Assembly: GCF_018350175.1 (NCBI RefSeq)
Contig: NC_058368.1
Span: forward strand, 34,784,001 to 34,848,000
Source of the DNA: Felis catus
Lineage: Eukaryota
DNA: 64,000 nt
Direction: 5' to 3'
Shown here in pieces: positions 12,569 to 24,470 of the stretch. Position 1 is the first letter of the stretch; every line of letters starts with the position of its first letter. Under the pieces are notes generated by a model, which saw only the letters and a program-made list of their open reading frames with translations, ran no database searches and had not been told where the DNA came from. Both the position numbers and the translations under genes were made by a program.

Positions 12569-13316
12569 TACTGATTTTTCAAAAGTCTTTAGGTAAACTT
12601 CATGAAATTGGGTACTATTGTTCTTATTGTTGTTTCTATTCATGTGGAAAATACATCCCACCACACAAGTAAAATATGGTAACTTAATTTATGAAAATGT
12701 GAGAAGATAAAGTTTAATGGAATTAGTATTGTGATAGCATTCTACACCCATTGAAAGTATAAATGTTTTCTTATAAACCTATTAGAATATTTTAACTATG
12801 ATTTTTAACATATGTTATCCTTAAGAATTGTTTTCTGATAGATTTCAGAATGTGTTATGGTGATTTGTGTAGACATTTTTGTGGTCACAATGATTGGGGG
12901 AGACATTGGCACTTAGGAGAGAATGGTCTGGGTGAGGCAGTCCTACACAATAAAGAATTTTCCTACATCTCCCAAAATATTCTAATGTCACACAATATTT
13001 ATTTAGGTTAAAACCCGATTTACAATTATCTGAAGATGGATTCTCACCATTTTACATATAAACAAAAAATATTTGTCTTATAAATTGGATATGCACTGAA
13101 TTTTCCAGGAATACAAGAACTTAAATTCAGAAAGGTTTACATATATTTGGCTTTAAATTTTTCCAAGAGTTGTTCATGATTTCAAAAAATCATATCCCCA
13201 GTGGCAATGCTACTTGTGGTATTTAGGTCATTATTAATTTACTTGTATCAATCTGTATTTGTAGATTTGTAGCTGTCAGAAACATAATGCATAAACTGGC
13301 TCTTTAATTATATCTT

Positions 13317-13527
13317 GGGGGTGCCTGGGTGGCTCAGTTGCTTAAGCATTGGATTACCACTCAAGTCATGATCTTGTGGTTCATGAGTTTGAGCCCTGTG
13401 CTGGGCTCTGTGCAGCTCAGAGCCTGGAGTTTGCTTCAGATTCTTTGTCTCCCTCTCTCTCTGTCCCTCTCCTGTTCTCACTCTGTCTCTCTCTCTCAAA
13501 AATAAATAAATGTTAAAAATTTTTTTA
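13317..13527 (+). mobile_element. CanSINE (felid, intermediate age)
   Basis: ggggtgcctgggtggctcagt...cagctcagagcctggag...(CT)n aaaataaataaa. Confidence 0.93.
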
Positions 13528-13591
13528 ATGTTATAGTGATAAAATATCATACTTGAGTGTTTGCATATTGAAATATGTACCATTTCAATAT

Positions 13592-13803
13592 AATTTTTTA
13601 ATGTTTATTTTATTTTTTTGAGAGAGAGTGAGAACGGGCAGGAGAGGAGCAGAGAGAGAGAGGGAAAGAGAGAATCCCAAGCAGGCTCTGCGTTATGAAT
13701 GCAGATCCAGATGTGGGTCTCAAACTCATGAACCGTGAGGCATGACCTGAGCCAAAATCAAGATTGGATGCTTAAGTGACTGCTGAGCTACCCAGATGCC
13801 CCC
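13592..13803 (-). mobile_element. CanSINE (older)
   Basis: Antisense CanSINE ending ...ctacccagatgccccc. Flanked by aaatatgtac(c/t)attt at 13571 and 13804. Confidence 0.92.
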
Positions 13804-13819
13804 AAATATGTACTATTTT

Positions 13820-14027
13820 TTTTTCAACGTTTATTTATTTTTGGGACAGAGAGAGACAGAGCATGAACGGCGGAGGGGCAGAGAGAGAGGGAGACACAGA
13901 ATCGGAAACAGGCTCCAGGCTCAGAGCCATCAGCCCAGAGCCCGACGCGGGGCTCGAACTCACGGACCGCGAGATCGTGACCTGGCTGAAGTCGGACGCT
14001 TAACCGACTGCGCCACCCAGGCGCCCC
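13820..14027 (-). mobile_element. Young felid CanSINE (SINEC_Fc type)
   Basis: Essentially consensus with all CpGs intact. TSD aaatatgtactatttt at 13804-13819 and 14030-14045. Confidence 0.97.
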
Positions 14028-14206
14028 GAAAATATGTACTATTTTAATGTACATTTATTTCCTTTCATTTTTCCTTCACACATTTAGGGTATTGCACTGA
14101 TTTTATTAAATTACATATATAGGTAGATTTTATTATCCATTATTTTTATTGTAGGGATTTTTTTAGCTCACTTTACATTTGTTATTAAAAAGATTGTTGG
14201 ATCTCA

Positions 14207-14306
14207 GGGTGCCTGGGTGGCTCAGTCTGTTGAGCATCCAACTTCAGCTCAGGTCACGATCTCACGGTTTGTGGGTTCCAGCCCACCTCAGGCTCTGTGC
14301 TTGCAA

Positions 14307-14366
<60 letters not shown>

Positions 14367-14398
14367 AAAAATAAACATCAAAAAAAAATTAAAACAAA
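14207..14398 (+). mobile_element. CanSINE with internal deletion and long (CT)n
   Basis: gggtgcctgggtggctcagt head. TSD aaaaagattgtt(g/a)gat on both sides. Confidence 0.9.
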
Positions 14399-15829
14399 AA
14401 AAAGATTGTTAGATTTGATAAGGTTGACAATCAAAGACATAGAGGAACATTGTGAAATAGGAAATATCAACGTATTTCTTATTCACAATTTTTTAAATGG
14501 CAAGCTTACAAAGTAAGGTAATTTGAGACATGTTTGATATTGTGTTTCATTGTCATAAGAAAAAGAACAGTATGGCAGAGTGTCTTATTTTTTTTTGCCT
14601 TAATTCTATATTTAGCTGTAATATACTGTCATGATCTTGTTACAAAGATAGGACTTTAAAAAGACCATGGAGTGGCATAAGTTAGAAAGAATCAAAGGAT
14701 TACACACAGAATTGGAACAGAGGCTATTCCTACTGATCACAGGATTCAGAAAAAACAAAACAAAACAAACAAAACAAGGCCCAGATGCAAAACTGATATA
14801 AAGGAGTTATTAAAAGCTTTAAAGAAAATAAAGAAATCAGTAAAGACAAAGGAATTTCTCAAAGAAGGAGAAAATAATGGAGTACATTGCGATTATATTT
14901 ATAAAAATAGAAAAAAAATAATGAAGGGAAAACACAATTTATGATATATTCCTCAGAATTCATACATTTATATAAAGCACTATTTATTTTCTCTGTAGAA
15001 GATACTTGGGGCCTCTCTAAATTAGCTGCAGTAACACATGGGACAAGATACATACATCCTCTAATGATATTAAAACCAGAGTGCAGCAATTCTGCAAGAA
15101 ATCTAGTCATCTCATTTATTACGATGATTTATTATTCACTGAGCACCAACCCAACGCTTCTTATAACAGAGAAGGAAACTTTTTTTTTCTATTTCAGATA
15201 TTTTAAAATATAAATAAAAATAAGTGGAAGAAAAGAACTGTCTTGAGTCTGCTACTATGCCACTAACCTCTTTTATCTAGAAATTTATAACAGAAAAATG
15301 TACACTTAAGCCTCTAAAGAATAAATGATTAAAACCAAGAAGCATGTAAAATAACATAACAAAGGAAATAAAAAGAATTTAGAGGGAAAAAAACACGTAT
15401 ATTCCAAGTTTCCAATCCAATTTGAACAGTTTTTCTCTAGAGTACATGACCACAAATATCAAATGTTGAGCTTTTTTTCTCCATTTTTTTACATATATTA
15501 CCTTCTGCTCTATGTGAACACACATTCGTATCCTATCCTTAAATTCTTCAAGATTCAAATTAATCTTTTCTCTTACTAAGCATCTTTTATTTTTATATAA
15601 TCTTTGCATATTTAGCCATTAATTATCCATGTTATATTACATACACATGCAAACACAAGTGCTCAAAAACTAGGTAAAAATTCATTGAGTTTAAGATCAA
15701 TAGCATCTGAAAATTATTAGGCACTTATCTTCATGGAAAGATACAATATAACACGATTATTCAATTAGTACATGGACAATTTCTAATTATTAAAAAAAAA
15801 TAGTACCTCTGCTTTATAATAGCAGACTA

Positions 15830-16045
15830 ACAGTTTAATGAGAGCTTGCTAAATGACAGGTATAGTGAAAAATGCTTTCCAGACATTTTTTTTTCATTGA
15901 ATCTTTGCAGCAATGCTGAGTGATATTTATTTTCACCACTTAATGGAAAATAAAACTGAGATGCAAAGATTTAAGTTTTTCATAGTTACAGGAAGCAAAG
16001 GTATTAAGTAGGATTCAAAATCATAGCTTAAGCCATGTTCTTAAT
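15830..16045 (-). mobile_element. MIR remnant
   Basis: MIR core in antisense: ...taatggaaaataaaactgagatgcaaagatttaagt...ggattcaaa... Confidence 0.6.
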
Positions 16046-17539
16046 TTTTATTCTCTACTTCCTTCTAAGAAATTGTTCTTAAAATTTACTTTCCAGTGAA
16101 TTTTTTTAAAATACAGAAAAGCACAAAATATTATTGTAACAAAAACCCACATTATCACATTCAAGAATTAACTGCTATTAACTATTTATATTGGCTTTCA
16201 GTTTTATTCTAAGGAAATTATATTAGCAAATAAGTTAATGATCTCCTTAATTATTATCATGTCTTCATCTCTTCTCAGAGGTAATCACTTTTATATTACT
16301 TCACAGCAATTTAATTATACATATCTCTATATACATATATATATATATATATTTATTTAGTTCTTTCTCTGTGTGACACTGAGTCCAGTGTTCATTCTTC
16401 TTATGGCTAGTCTTCATTTTCTTATCATTCAGAGAATATCTTTTACAGAAACTAATGATTTCTCTGTAGGAATGCAATCAAAAGCAAGAACTTGTCATAC
16501 CAGGTAATATACTTGCATCATCTTTCAGAATAACGGTGGTTTCAGAAGAGACATTGGGAAGAGACAAATTAACCACCTGGACAATGTAAATTAGGTGTAC
16601 TTCAGGGATACTCTCCATTCAAAATTGTCAATATATTGTTAATCTCTTCTTAGAAATGTATGAATATATAGACATCAAAGTCCTACTAACTTCCATTTTA
16701 TAATCCACCATAGTAAACAAAGGCAAATGCTCAAATCGAGCTTACATAATATTGTTTATCCCGATAATTTCCTCAAAGATGGCAAAGATGAAACTATATA
16801 AGTAAAATCTGGTAAGGTCTAATATATTACTTCTCCATGATCTAAGACAGGCTTAACCAGAACATTCACCTTTAGAAAGGAGAATGAAAGACCATAGGGA
16901 CTGTATCATTTGACAGCAAGTGGCATGGCAATTAAAAGTGAATTGTTTCTGTTCAATATTTTTTTCCATTTAATAACAGCATTCTTTCTCCATTTTTCAG
17001 TGTTTAGGTGTGTTTAGCTAAATGGGAACTACATGAGCCAACTTTCCATAGTCGAGACTCTTTGTCTTCTTGTTTCTAGATGGCTAAAGAAATGTCTTCT
17101 CACAACAATCTGTAAATGATGGTACTACCATTCCTCCTTACAGAACTTCTTAAATGATGGTTCCATTACACCTTGGCAATATTGATGTTTTAAAGGAGGG
17201 CTGAGTGATGCTCAGGACTAAGATATTTGATCTTCTATAAGGATTGGGCTATCTCCTGGGAGATTTTAACATAGTTATTCCTACAAATGGGAAAGCCTGT
17301 GTACTCAGAGAAATGCAAAATATAGCTCTTGGAAAAGGCTTTGGGGACATGGTACTTATTGATATATAAAAAGATATAAAACACAAAGCATAAGGCTATA
17401 ATTTCAATTTGAAGAGGCCCCAAAAGTAATTCTACATGCACAAAGTAATTATAACACATGTTCAATGATATAATCCTATAGACCATACTGTGGTAGAAAC
17501 ACATTTTTAAATCTATGTATTGAAATTGTATAACAACTT

Positions 17540-17680
17540 TAGGCTTAATTTTTCTTGTAATACAAATGGAGCTAATACAACTTGTCATCTACCTCATAAG
17601 GAATATTATGAGGATTCATGAGATCATTAAATGAAGAGTCTCCAAGTGCTTAATTTACTCCCTGGCAAGAACTCAGAATT
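17540..17680 (+). mobile_element. MIR remnant
   Basis: tacaaatggagctaata...acctcataaggaatattatgaggattcatgagatca resembles the MIR core. Confidence 0.6.
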
Positions 17681-18699
17681 CCATTCACCCTTACAGACTA
17701 ATAGGGCATATTTGGTCCAGAAAGAGTTAATACAACTCCTTCTATCCATTTAGAAAATCCTATAATTCTGTATAGTATGTAAACATGACCATTTACAATG
17801 CATTATGAGATCCTTAGGGTAGGAGGCAAAATTGCTTTTTAAGTAAATTAAAATATAACAGGTATTTTTTTTTCTAGAAATCTTTTGAAACAGCTGTTGC
17901 AAAAATCATCAGAATGGCCTCATATTACTTTGTCCCTTCATATAGATGAGAAAGTGTATTTTTAAAGATTCACAGGTGTACAAATTAATATACAAATTAA
18001 TATATAAATATGTAGACCATAAGTATTATCATTAAAAGAGCCCAGTTGTACTTGAACAGTTTTTGTGTCTTTCTTGTTATTGAAATAATTCACTTACTCT
18101 TTTTAAGTAAATAAGATTTTTAACAAACAAAAATTTTAAAGGTATTTTTTTAAATGAAACATCTGAAGCCTAGTGTTAAATTTCATGCTAAGGGATGACA
18201 GAGGCCTTTTTTATAATGTTTTTAAAATAAATTGTCACTCTTTTATACATTAAACCTCTTGACAATATAAAAGTTCACAGAGATATTCTAAGGTGTTCAG
18301 AAGTGACAATTATGAATGTTTAATAAAGCCTGTTTTATTGAGCAAATATTTACCACCATGCTAAGAACTGTCACATAAGAGCAAATGGCTCCATGACAAT
18401 CAGGCAAGGTAGGCATGGTTCTCAGGCACTGTTCTCACAAGAACAGTGAGACACCACAGATATTTGGGACACAAGATCAGTGAGACACCACAGATACTTG
18501 TGATGGGAACACAAAGCTCTAAGACCCCAACACACATGTCCTTACCACAGTGCCATTCTGCCTCTCTCAGAAAGGCCTAAATAAATAAATCAAATATTTA
18601 AAACTATCAAAAGGGAGATACTTTATTCATAAGCCTGAGAAAGATTGGCAGCTAATTTTCTCAGGAAAAAGAAAAGCTCTTTGTACTGTTTTTTTCTTT

Positions 18700-18907
18700 T
18701 TTTTTTAATATACATATGTTAAAATTTATTCATTTTTGAGAGACATGGGTAGGGGCAGAGAGAGAGAGGAAGACACAGAATCCAAAGCAGGCTCCAGGCT
18801 CCGAGCTGTCAGCACAGAGCCTGACACGGGGCTCAAACCCATGAACTGTGAGATCGTGACCTGAGTCAAAGTTGGACACTTAACCAACTGAGCCACCTAG
18901 GCACTCC
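18700..18907 (-). mobile_element. CanSINE (felid, intermediate age)
   Basis: Antisense body acacagaatccaaagcaggctccaggctccgagctgtcagcacagagcc...gagccacctaggcactcc. Confidence 0.93.
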
Positions 18908-19237
18908 AGGTTAAACTCCTTTAAAAACACACCAGTTTTTCTGATCACTATCCCCAAATTTAAACACATACTTACAGTTTTTATCTCTTGCTGCATATAT
19001 TCAAAGAAATCAAATGGATTTCTAATTTTGTATAAGTCTAACTTATGAGATAGTATGCATTAATAGAAAAGACACTAAACTTCTTACAACCTCTATAACT
19101 AGTAAAATTTTGCCATTCTTCTAAGGCCTTATAAAAGTCATGACTGCTTTTCTCTGGGAAAAATTGTACTCTAAACAAGGGAAATAGACTAAATAATGGT
19201 CAGCCAACAAACAAACAAAAAATCACAATTAAGTTTG

Positions 19238-19270
<33 letters not shown>

Positions 19271-19507
19271 TGTATATATATACATACATACAATATATGC
19301 AAATATATTCAAATATTATTTAATTTATAAGCTTCTGTGGACTTCATTTTAAATTTTCAAAAAATCATTTGATTTATACTGCATACTTTAGTTACCATCT
19401 TCAATATTTTGCCTTCCTTATTCAATATTTTACATAGCTGATCAGCAAATAAATGTTATCTTATTGATGAAACAAAACATATATTTCTGGTATTTTTAGT
19501 TCTACAA

Positions 19508-19737
19508 TTTATTTATTTATTTGTTTGTTTGTTTTTTTATGTTTCTTTCTTTTTGAGACACAGAGACACAGCATGAGCAGGGGAGGGGCAGAAAGAGAGG
19601 AGACACAGAATTCAAAGCAGGCTCTAGGCTCTGAGCTGTTAGTACAGAGCCCAACGCAGGGCTCAAACTCATGAACAGTGAGATCATGACCTGAGCCGAA
19701 GTCAGACTCTTACCTGACTGAGCCACCCAGGTGTCCC
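19508..19737 (-). mobile_element. CanSINE (felid, intermediate age)
   Basis: Antisense body with (TTTA/TTTG) tail. Flanking repeat ttctacaa at 19500 and 19740. Confidence 0.93.
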
Positions 19738-20049
19738 ACTTCTACAAGAGTATAATGGTAATGTGAATAGAAGTGTGCTAATAATACTCAGCTCCTTTTT
19801 CTTCAGTTATAGCTTTATGTAGCTGCTACCAATGATTCATAGTTGCACATAATGAAGAACCATGACATAAACAAAGTTAAAGAGAGAAAAAGGAAAGTTG
19901 TATTCATATTAAAAAAGAAACTCCTAAGAATTATATAACAAATATATCCTTACCATTTTTTCAAGCCCCAGTTAAAATCCAGACCTGTATGATAGGCAAT
20001 CATAACATCTCCTCCATGATTAGAGTTCAGTTTATATTCATATAGTATG

Positions 20050-20185
20050 TAATTATTTGATTAATGCCTGTCTTCCTTATTACACTAGGGGTAAGGTCTG
20101 TTTGTCTTTTTGTTGTACTTTCAGTATTTACCAGATCAGCAAATGCACTGTAGATACTTAATATTTATTAAATTAGTGAAATGGA
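20050..20185 (+). mobile_element. L2 3'-end remnant
   Basis: tgcctgtcttcc...ggggtaaggtctgtttgtctt...gtagatacttaatatttattaaattagtgaaatg resembles the L2 3' tail. Confidence 0.45.
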
Positions 20186-20281
20186 TACACAGAGAAACCT
20201 AACAATCTTATACACGTTAATAGAGTCTATTCTATGGAAAACACTATGGAAATTCCTCAAAACACTAAGAGTAAAATTGCC

Positions 20282-21058
20282 TGGCCTTGCAGACGCTGCC
20301 GCCCTAGAACCACCAACCTGCCCAAGCATGGTCAACCCCACCGTGTTCTTCTTTGATATCACTTTGGACAGCTAGCCCTTGGGCCATGTCTCCTTTGAGC
20401 TGTTTGCAGACAAATTTCCAAAAACAGCAGAGGACTTACATGCTCGGAGCACTGGGGAGAATGCTTTTGATCACAAAGTTTCCTGCTTTCATAGGATTAT
20501 TCCAAGATTTATGTGCCAGGGTGGTGCAATAATGGCCCTGGTGGCAAGTCCATCTCCCTATAGGGAGAAATTTGATGATGAGAATTTCATCCTGAAGCTC
20601 ACATGCCCTATGCCTTAGCATTCTTTCCATGGCAAATGCTGGACCCAACATGAACGGTTCTCAGTCTTTCATCTGCACTGCCAAGACCGAATGGTTAGAT
20701 GACAAGCACGTGGCGTTTAGCAAGGTGAAGGAAGGCATGAACTTCGGAAGCCATGGAGCATGGGGTCCAGGAATGGCAAGACCAGCTAGAAGATCACGAT
20801 TGCTGACTGTGGACAAATCTAATAAATTTGGTTTGTGCTTTATCTTAACTACCAGACCATTCCTTCACAGTTTGGTAGAGCACCCCTTCACCCCCATCTG
20901 CTCAAAATCTCCTGCAGCCTTTGAGCTTCCGCTGCAGCTCCATGGGTCCCAAGTTTTCCTTACTCCCCTCCAAGTCCAGCTGGATGGCAGAGTAAAATTT
21001 ATGATCATGAAATAAAAGTTAAACAACAAAAATAAATAGAATAAAAATAAATGAATAA
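20282..21058 (+). pseudogene. PPIA: Processed pseudogene of cyclophilin A (peptidyl-prolyl isomerase A)
   Basis: Intronless. 5'UTR, ATG at 20328 (MVNPTVFFFDI), [88 protein letters not shown] (TAA 20820-20822). 3'UTR with AATAAA at ~21011 and a decayed A-tail. Premature TAG at 20373-20375 plus frameshifts. Confidence 0.97.
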
Positions 21059-21233
21059 ATAGAATTACCATAGGATCCAGTAATTCCACTATAGGGTATT
21101 TACTCAAAGAATATAAAACATTAATTTGGAAAGGTATTTGCACCCCTGTGTTTATTGCAGCATTATTTATAATAGCCAAGATATGGAAGAAACCCAGGTG
21201 TCTACCCATAGATGAAGGTATAAAGCAGATGTG

Positions 21234-21240
<7 letters not shown>

Positions 21241-21282
<42 letters not shown>
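21241..21282. repeat. (TG)n microsatellite inside L1
   Basis: About 21 TG units. Confidence 0.97.
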
Positions 21283-21286
<4 letters not shown>

Positions 21287-21555
21287 AAGAATATTATTCA
21301 GCCATAAAAAGACGAAATCTTGCCATTTGCAACAACTTGGATGGATCTAGAGAGTGTAATGCCAAGTGAAATAAGTCAGTCAGAGAAAGACAAACACCCT
21401 GTGATTTCAGTCATATGTATAATTTAAGAAACAAAATCAATGAAAGAAAAAAAGACAAAAAAGATGCTTATATACAGAGAACAAACTAGTGGTTGCCAGA
21501 GGGAAGGTAGGTGGGGGATGGGTGAAATAAAGAAGATTAAGAGTACACTTTTCTT

Positions 21556-21772
21556 GGGGTGCCTGGGTGGCTCAGTCGGTTAAGCGTCCGACTTCAGCTC
21601 AGGTAATGATCTCACAGTTTGTGAGTTTGAGTCCTGCATTGGGCTCTGTGTCTGGGGCCTGCTTCAGATTCTGTGTCTCCCTCTCTCTCTGCCACTCCCT
21701 ACTCATGCTCTGCTTCTCTATCTCTCTCTCTCAAAAATAAAAATGAAACTTAATTTTTTTTAACTTTTAAAA
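21556..21772 (+). mobile_element. CanSINE inserted in the L1 3'UTR
   Basis: TSD aagagta(c/t)acttttctt at 21539-21555 and 21773-21789. Confidence 0.95.
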
Positions 21773-22821
21773 AAGAGTATACTTTTCTTGATGAGCACTG
21801 AAAACTACATACAATACCTGAAATATTGTATACCTGAAACTAATATAACACAGTATGTCAATTATACTTAAGCTAAAAAAAAAAAGACTAAAAAGTCTCT
21901 TGTATCTAAACAATGCATAAAAGGGGAAACAATAGGTAGATATAAACAGCTCCATCTTTTCTTTGATTTTGATACTCAGTTCACTCATCTCTTGTTTCTG
22001 GCCATGATTTTGAGTTTTTTTTCCAACTACCCTTCTGAGTAAATAAAATTCATGTTCTAACATAAAGAAGTACTTTAGTATGCCCATGTATTTTTGCAGT
22101 CTAAGAAATGAATTTAGAAAGAATGCTCAAGGTATATTTCAGTGTATATATAGCATTATTACCCCAAAGATATTACCAACATCAATTCTATATCTAGTAA
22201 GACATTATCTAGTTAAACAGATTTCTATACCTGGAAAACAAAAATGATAAAATTATCATATTGACATAAGAAAATCTTCATAACATCTATGGAATTGTGT
22301 TTGTAGATTGTATATTGGTTAAGAACTGTTTTCCTTCCACCATTCATCTCTACTTCCTTCGTGCTATTTTCATTTCTAGGAATGGCAACCATGGTCAGTG
22401 GCAGCTCCTGGACTACACAGACCTTGATGGCCAAGTCCTGAAATGAAGAGTTCACTTGCTTCAGACAGCTGCAGTTAATGTCTGGCAGATGACCCCTTGT
22501 GGCTGCATCTCTGACCTGCTTTATTGTGGTCAAGGGGGTCAGATTCCTAGTTCTGTGGGAGGAAATGAAAGCCTATTGGAGTGGGGAACACATAGCTGCT
22601 CTCAAAAGACAAAGTTGCCCAAGAGACTTAAAAAACAGAGAGAAATTGTGTCTACCAAGGACTTTTTCTTAAGACATTACACAATTCATAAAGTGCCCTT
22701 TTCTGTACACTTCCACCATTATGAGAATATGCAAGGGCAGAATCTCTTTCTTACATGATTTTTTTTTTATATTTAAAAAATAATTATATTGTAACTGGTT
22801 TTAAGATATTCTGGGAAATGT

Positions 22822-23007
22822 GGGGAGCATGGGTGGCTCAGTTGGTTAAGCCTCCAACTCTTGATATCGGCTCAGGTCATGATTTCATGGTTTGTGAGAT
22901 CAAGCCCCATGTTAGGCTCCGCACTGCTTGGGATTCTCTGTCTCCCTCTCTCTCTGCCTCTCCCCTGCTCATACCTATGCATGCTCTCTCTTCCTTTCTC
23001 TCTCTGA

Positions 23008-23059
<52 letters not shown>

Positions 23060-23158
23060 AAAGAAAAAAGAAAAGAAAGAAAAGAAAAGAAAAGAAAAGA
23101 AAAGAAAAGAAAAGAAAAGAAAAGAAAAGAAAAGAAAAAAAAGAAAAACATAAAAAAG
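22822..23158 (+). mobile_element. CanSINE with compound (GAAA)n/(GAAAA)n tail
   Basis: TSD aagatattctgggaa at 22803-22817 and 23159-23173. Tail 23006-23158. Confidence 0.93.
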
Positions 23159-23233
23159 AAGATATTCTGGGAAGGAGCTAGGAAGAACCAACTATATGAA
23201 AATGCCATGCCATCCCTGGATTCACGTTGAGTT

Positions 23234-23465
23234 TTCCTTTTTTTTTTTTTCTTTTTTTTTTCTTTTTTTTCATGCTTATTTTTGAGAGAGAGACAAAAGA
23301 TGAGCAGGGGAGGAGCAGAGACAGAGGAGGACACAGAATCCGAAGCAAGCTGCAGGCTCTGAGCTGTCAGCACAGAGCCTGACACAGGGCTCCATCTCAC
23401 AAACCATGAGATCATAACCTGAGCCAAAGTCGGATGCTCAACTGACTGAGCCACCCAGACACCCC
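23234..23465 (-). mobile_element. CanSINE (felid)
   Basis: T-tract followed by the antisense body ending gagccacccagacacccc. Confidence 0.93.
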
Positions 23466-23916
23466 ACTGAGTTAATTTTCAAAGACAAGAGACTATATCC
23501 TTGACATGAAACACGTGTCTTAAAAACAAGTGGCAGTTCTGCAAGATAATTTCCATTCAGTCAATTGGAGTCTTTTTTGATATGGTCATTGGTGAAGAAA
23601 AGCACGAGTCAGGAAACTTCAAATCATTTCTTCACTCAGAGTATGTGTAGCTGATATTGGCTACTGTTGCTGTCACAAAATGAGATGCACATTGGAAGTC
23701 AAAGTCAATTGAATAAATTATGGAGGCTTTAAAATGAGCTCTACAAAGCAATATTGATAGACAAATAGTAATTCTATGGGGTTCTTCTTAACAAGCAGGA
23801 GTCTTTCTCCTTAAATTTCAGCCTCCTGACTCCTAAAAGTAGTTAAGGTTGCCTCAAAATAGCAAATTAAGCATATCTATCTATCTTTATCTCTATCTAT
23901 GTATATATCTCAATCC

Positions 23917-23919
<3 letters not shown>

Positions 23920-23964
<45 letters not shown>
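23920..23964. repeat. (TA)n microsatellite
   Basis: About 22 TA units. Confidence 0.97.
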
Positions 23965-23967
<3 letters not shown>

Positions 23968-24280
23968 AGCTTCATAGAAGAGTTAGTTTAAAAGGAGTTA
24001 ATAAACCTCTAGTGTTATTTTCTCAGTCTCAGGATACACTGCGTTCTCCTTGCTTTACAGGCAATATATTCTGTCTATTCATTATCTCCAGTGAAAATGA
24101 TAAAAAATTAATTGAAATTTTATACCATAAAAATATATATTTCACTGTATTTCTTTCACATTGCATCATGAAATATGTTAGTATTAAAAATGTTCCTAGT
24201 AAGCCAGAGAACACTTATATAAAATTTGTCACATACAATATTTAACAGATGTCTGATTTCAGTGCTCTATAACTAGAGAA

Positions 24281-24470
24281 AGGCAGCAATAGTCTAGTGT
24301 AGAGTGTATTACACCAGAAGCCAGAAAACCTAGAATCTTAAATCCTTGGCTCTGCTGTGATTAAATAACACCAAACAATTTTTTAATCATTTTCATTTTA
24401 TTCACTTTCAAAAGAAAGGTGAAAAATTCTCCTCCTGTAAAGTGTTTATGAGGGAACAGTGAAAATGGCT
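24281..24470 (+). mobile_element. MIR remnant
   Basis: aggcagcaatagtctagtgtagagtg...agccagaaaacctagaatc...ggctctgc resembles the tRNA-derived MIR head. Confidence 0.55.

Larger units (their letters stand above)
12845..14433 (+). mobile_element. MER20B-like hAT-Charlie DNA transposon split by four CanSINEs
   Basis: Collinear blocks match recalled MER20/MER20B: agacatttttgtggtcacaa, cactgaattttccaggaat, ccaagagttgttca, gtggcaatgctacttgtggtattt, catattgaaata, aggtagattttattatc, tttgttattaaaaa, and a terminal ggttgacaatca. Confidence 0.75.
20232..21885 (+). mobile_element. 5'-truncated carnivore L1 3' end hosting the PPIA retrocopy, a (TG)n tract and a CanSINE
   Basis: ctatggaaaacactatggaaattcctcaaaacactaa (20232-20281) resumes as agaattaccataggatccagtaattccact (21061 onward). 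L1_Carn-type 3'UTR gatgagcactg...tatacctgaaactaatataacac and A-tail ~21875-21885. Confidence 0.9.

Noticed and set aside
16450..16510. Possible micro-exon (ctgtag|...cag|gtaata)
   Set aside because: Only 34 nt, weak pyrimidine tract, no partner exons; expected by chance.
17235..17588. 117-aa minus-strand ORF
   Set aside because: AT-rich low-information composition, starts in a MIR remnant, no recognisable domain.
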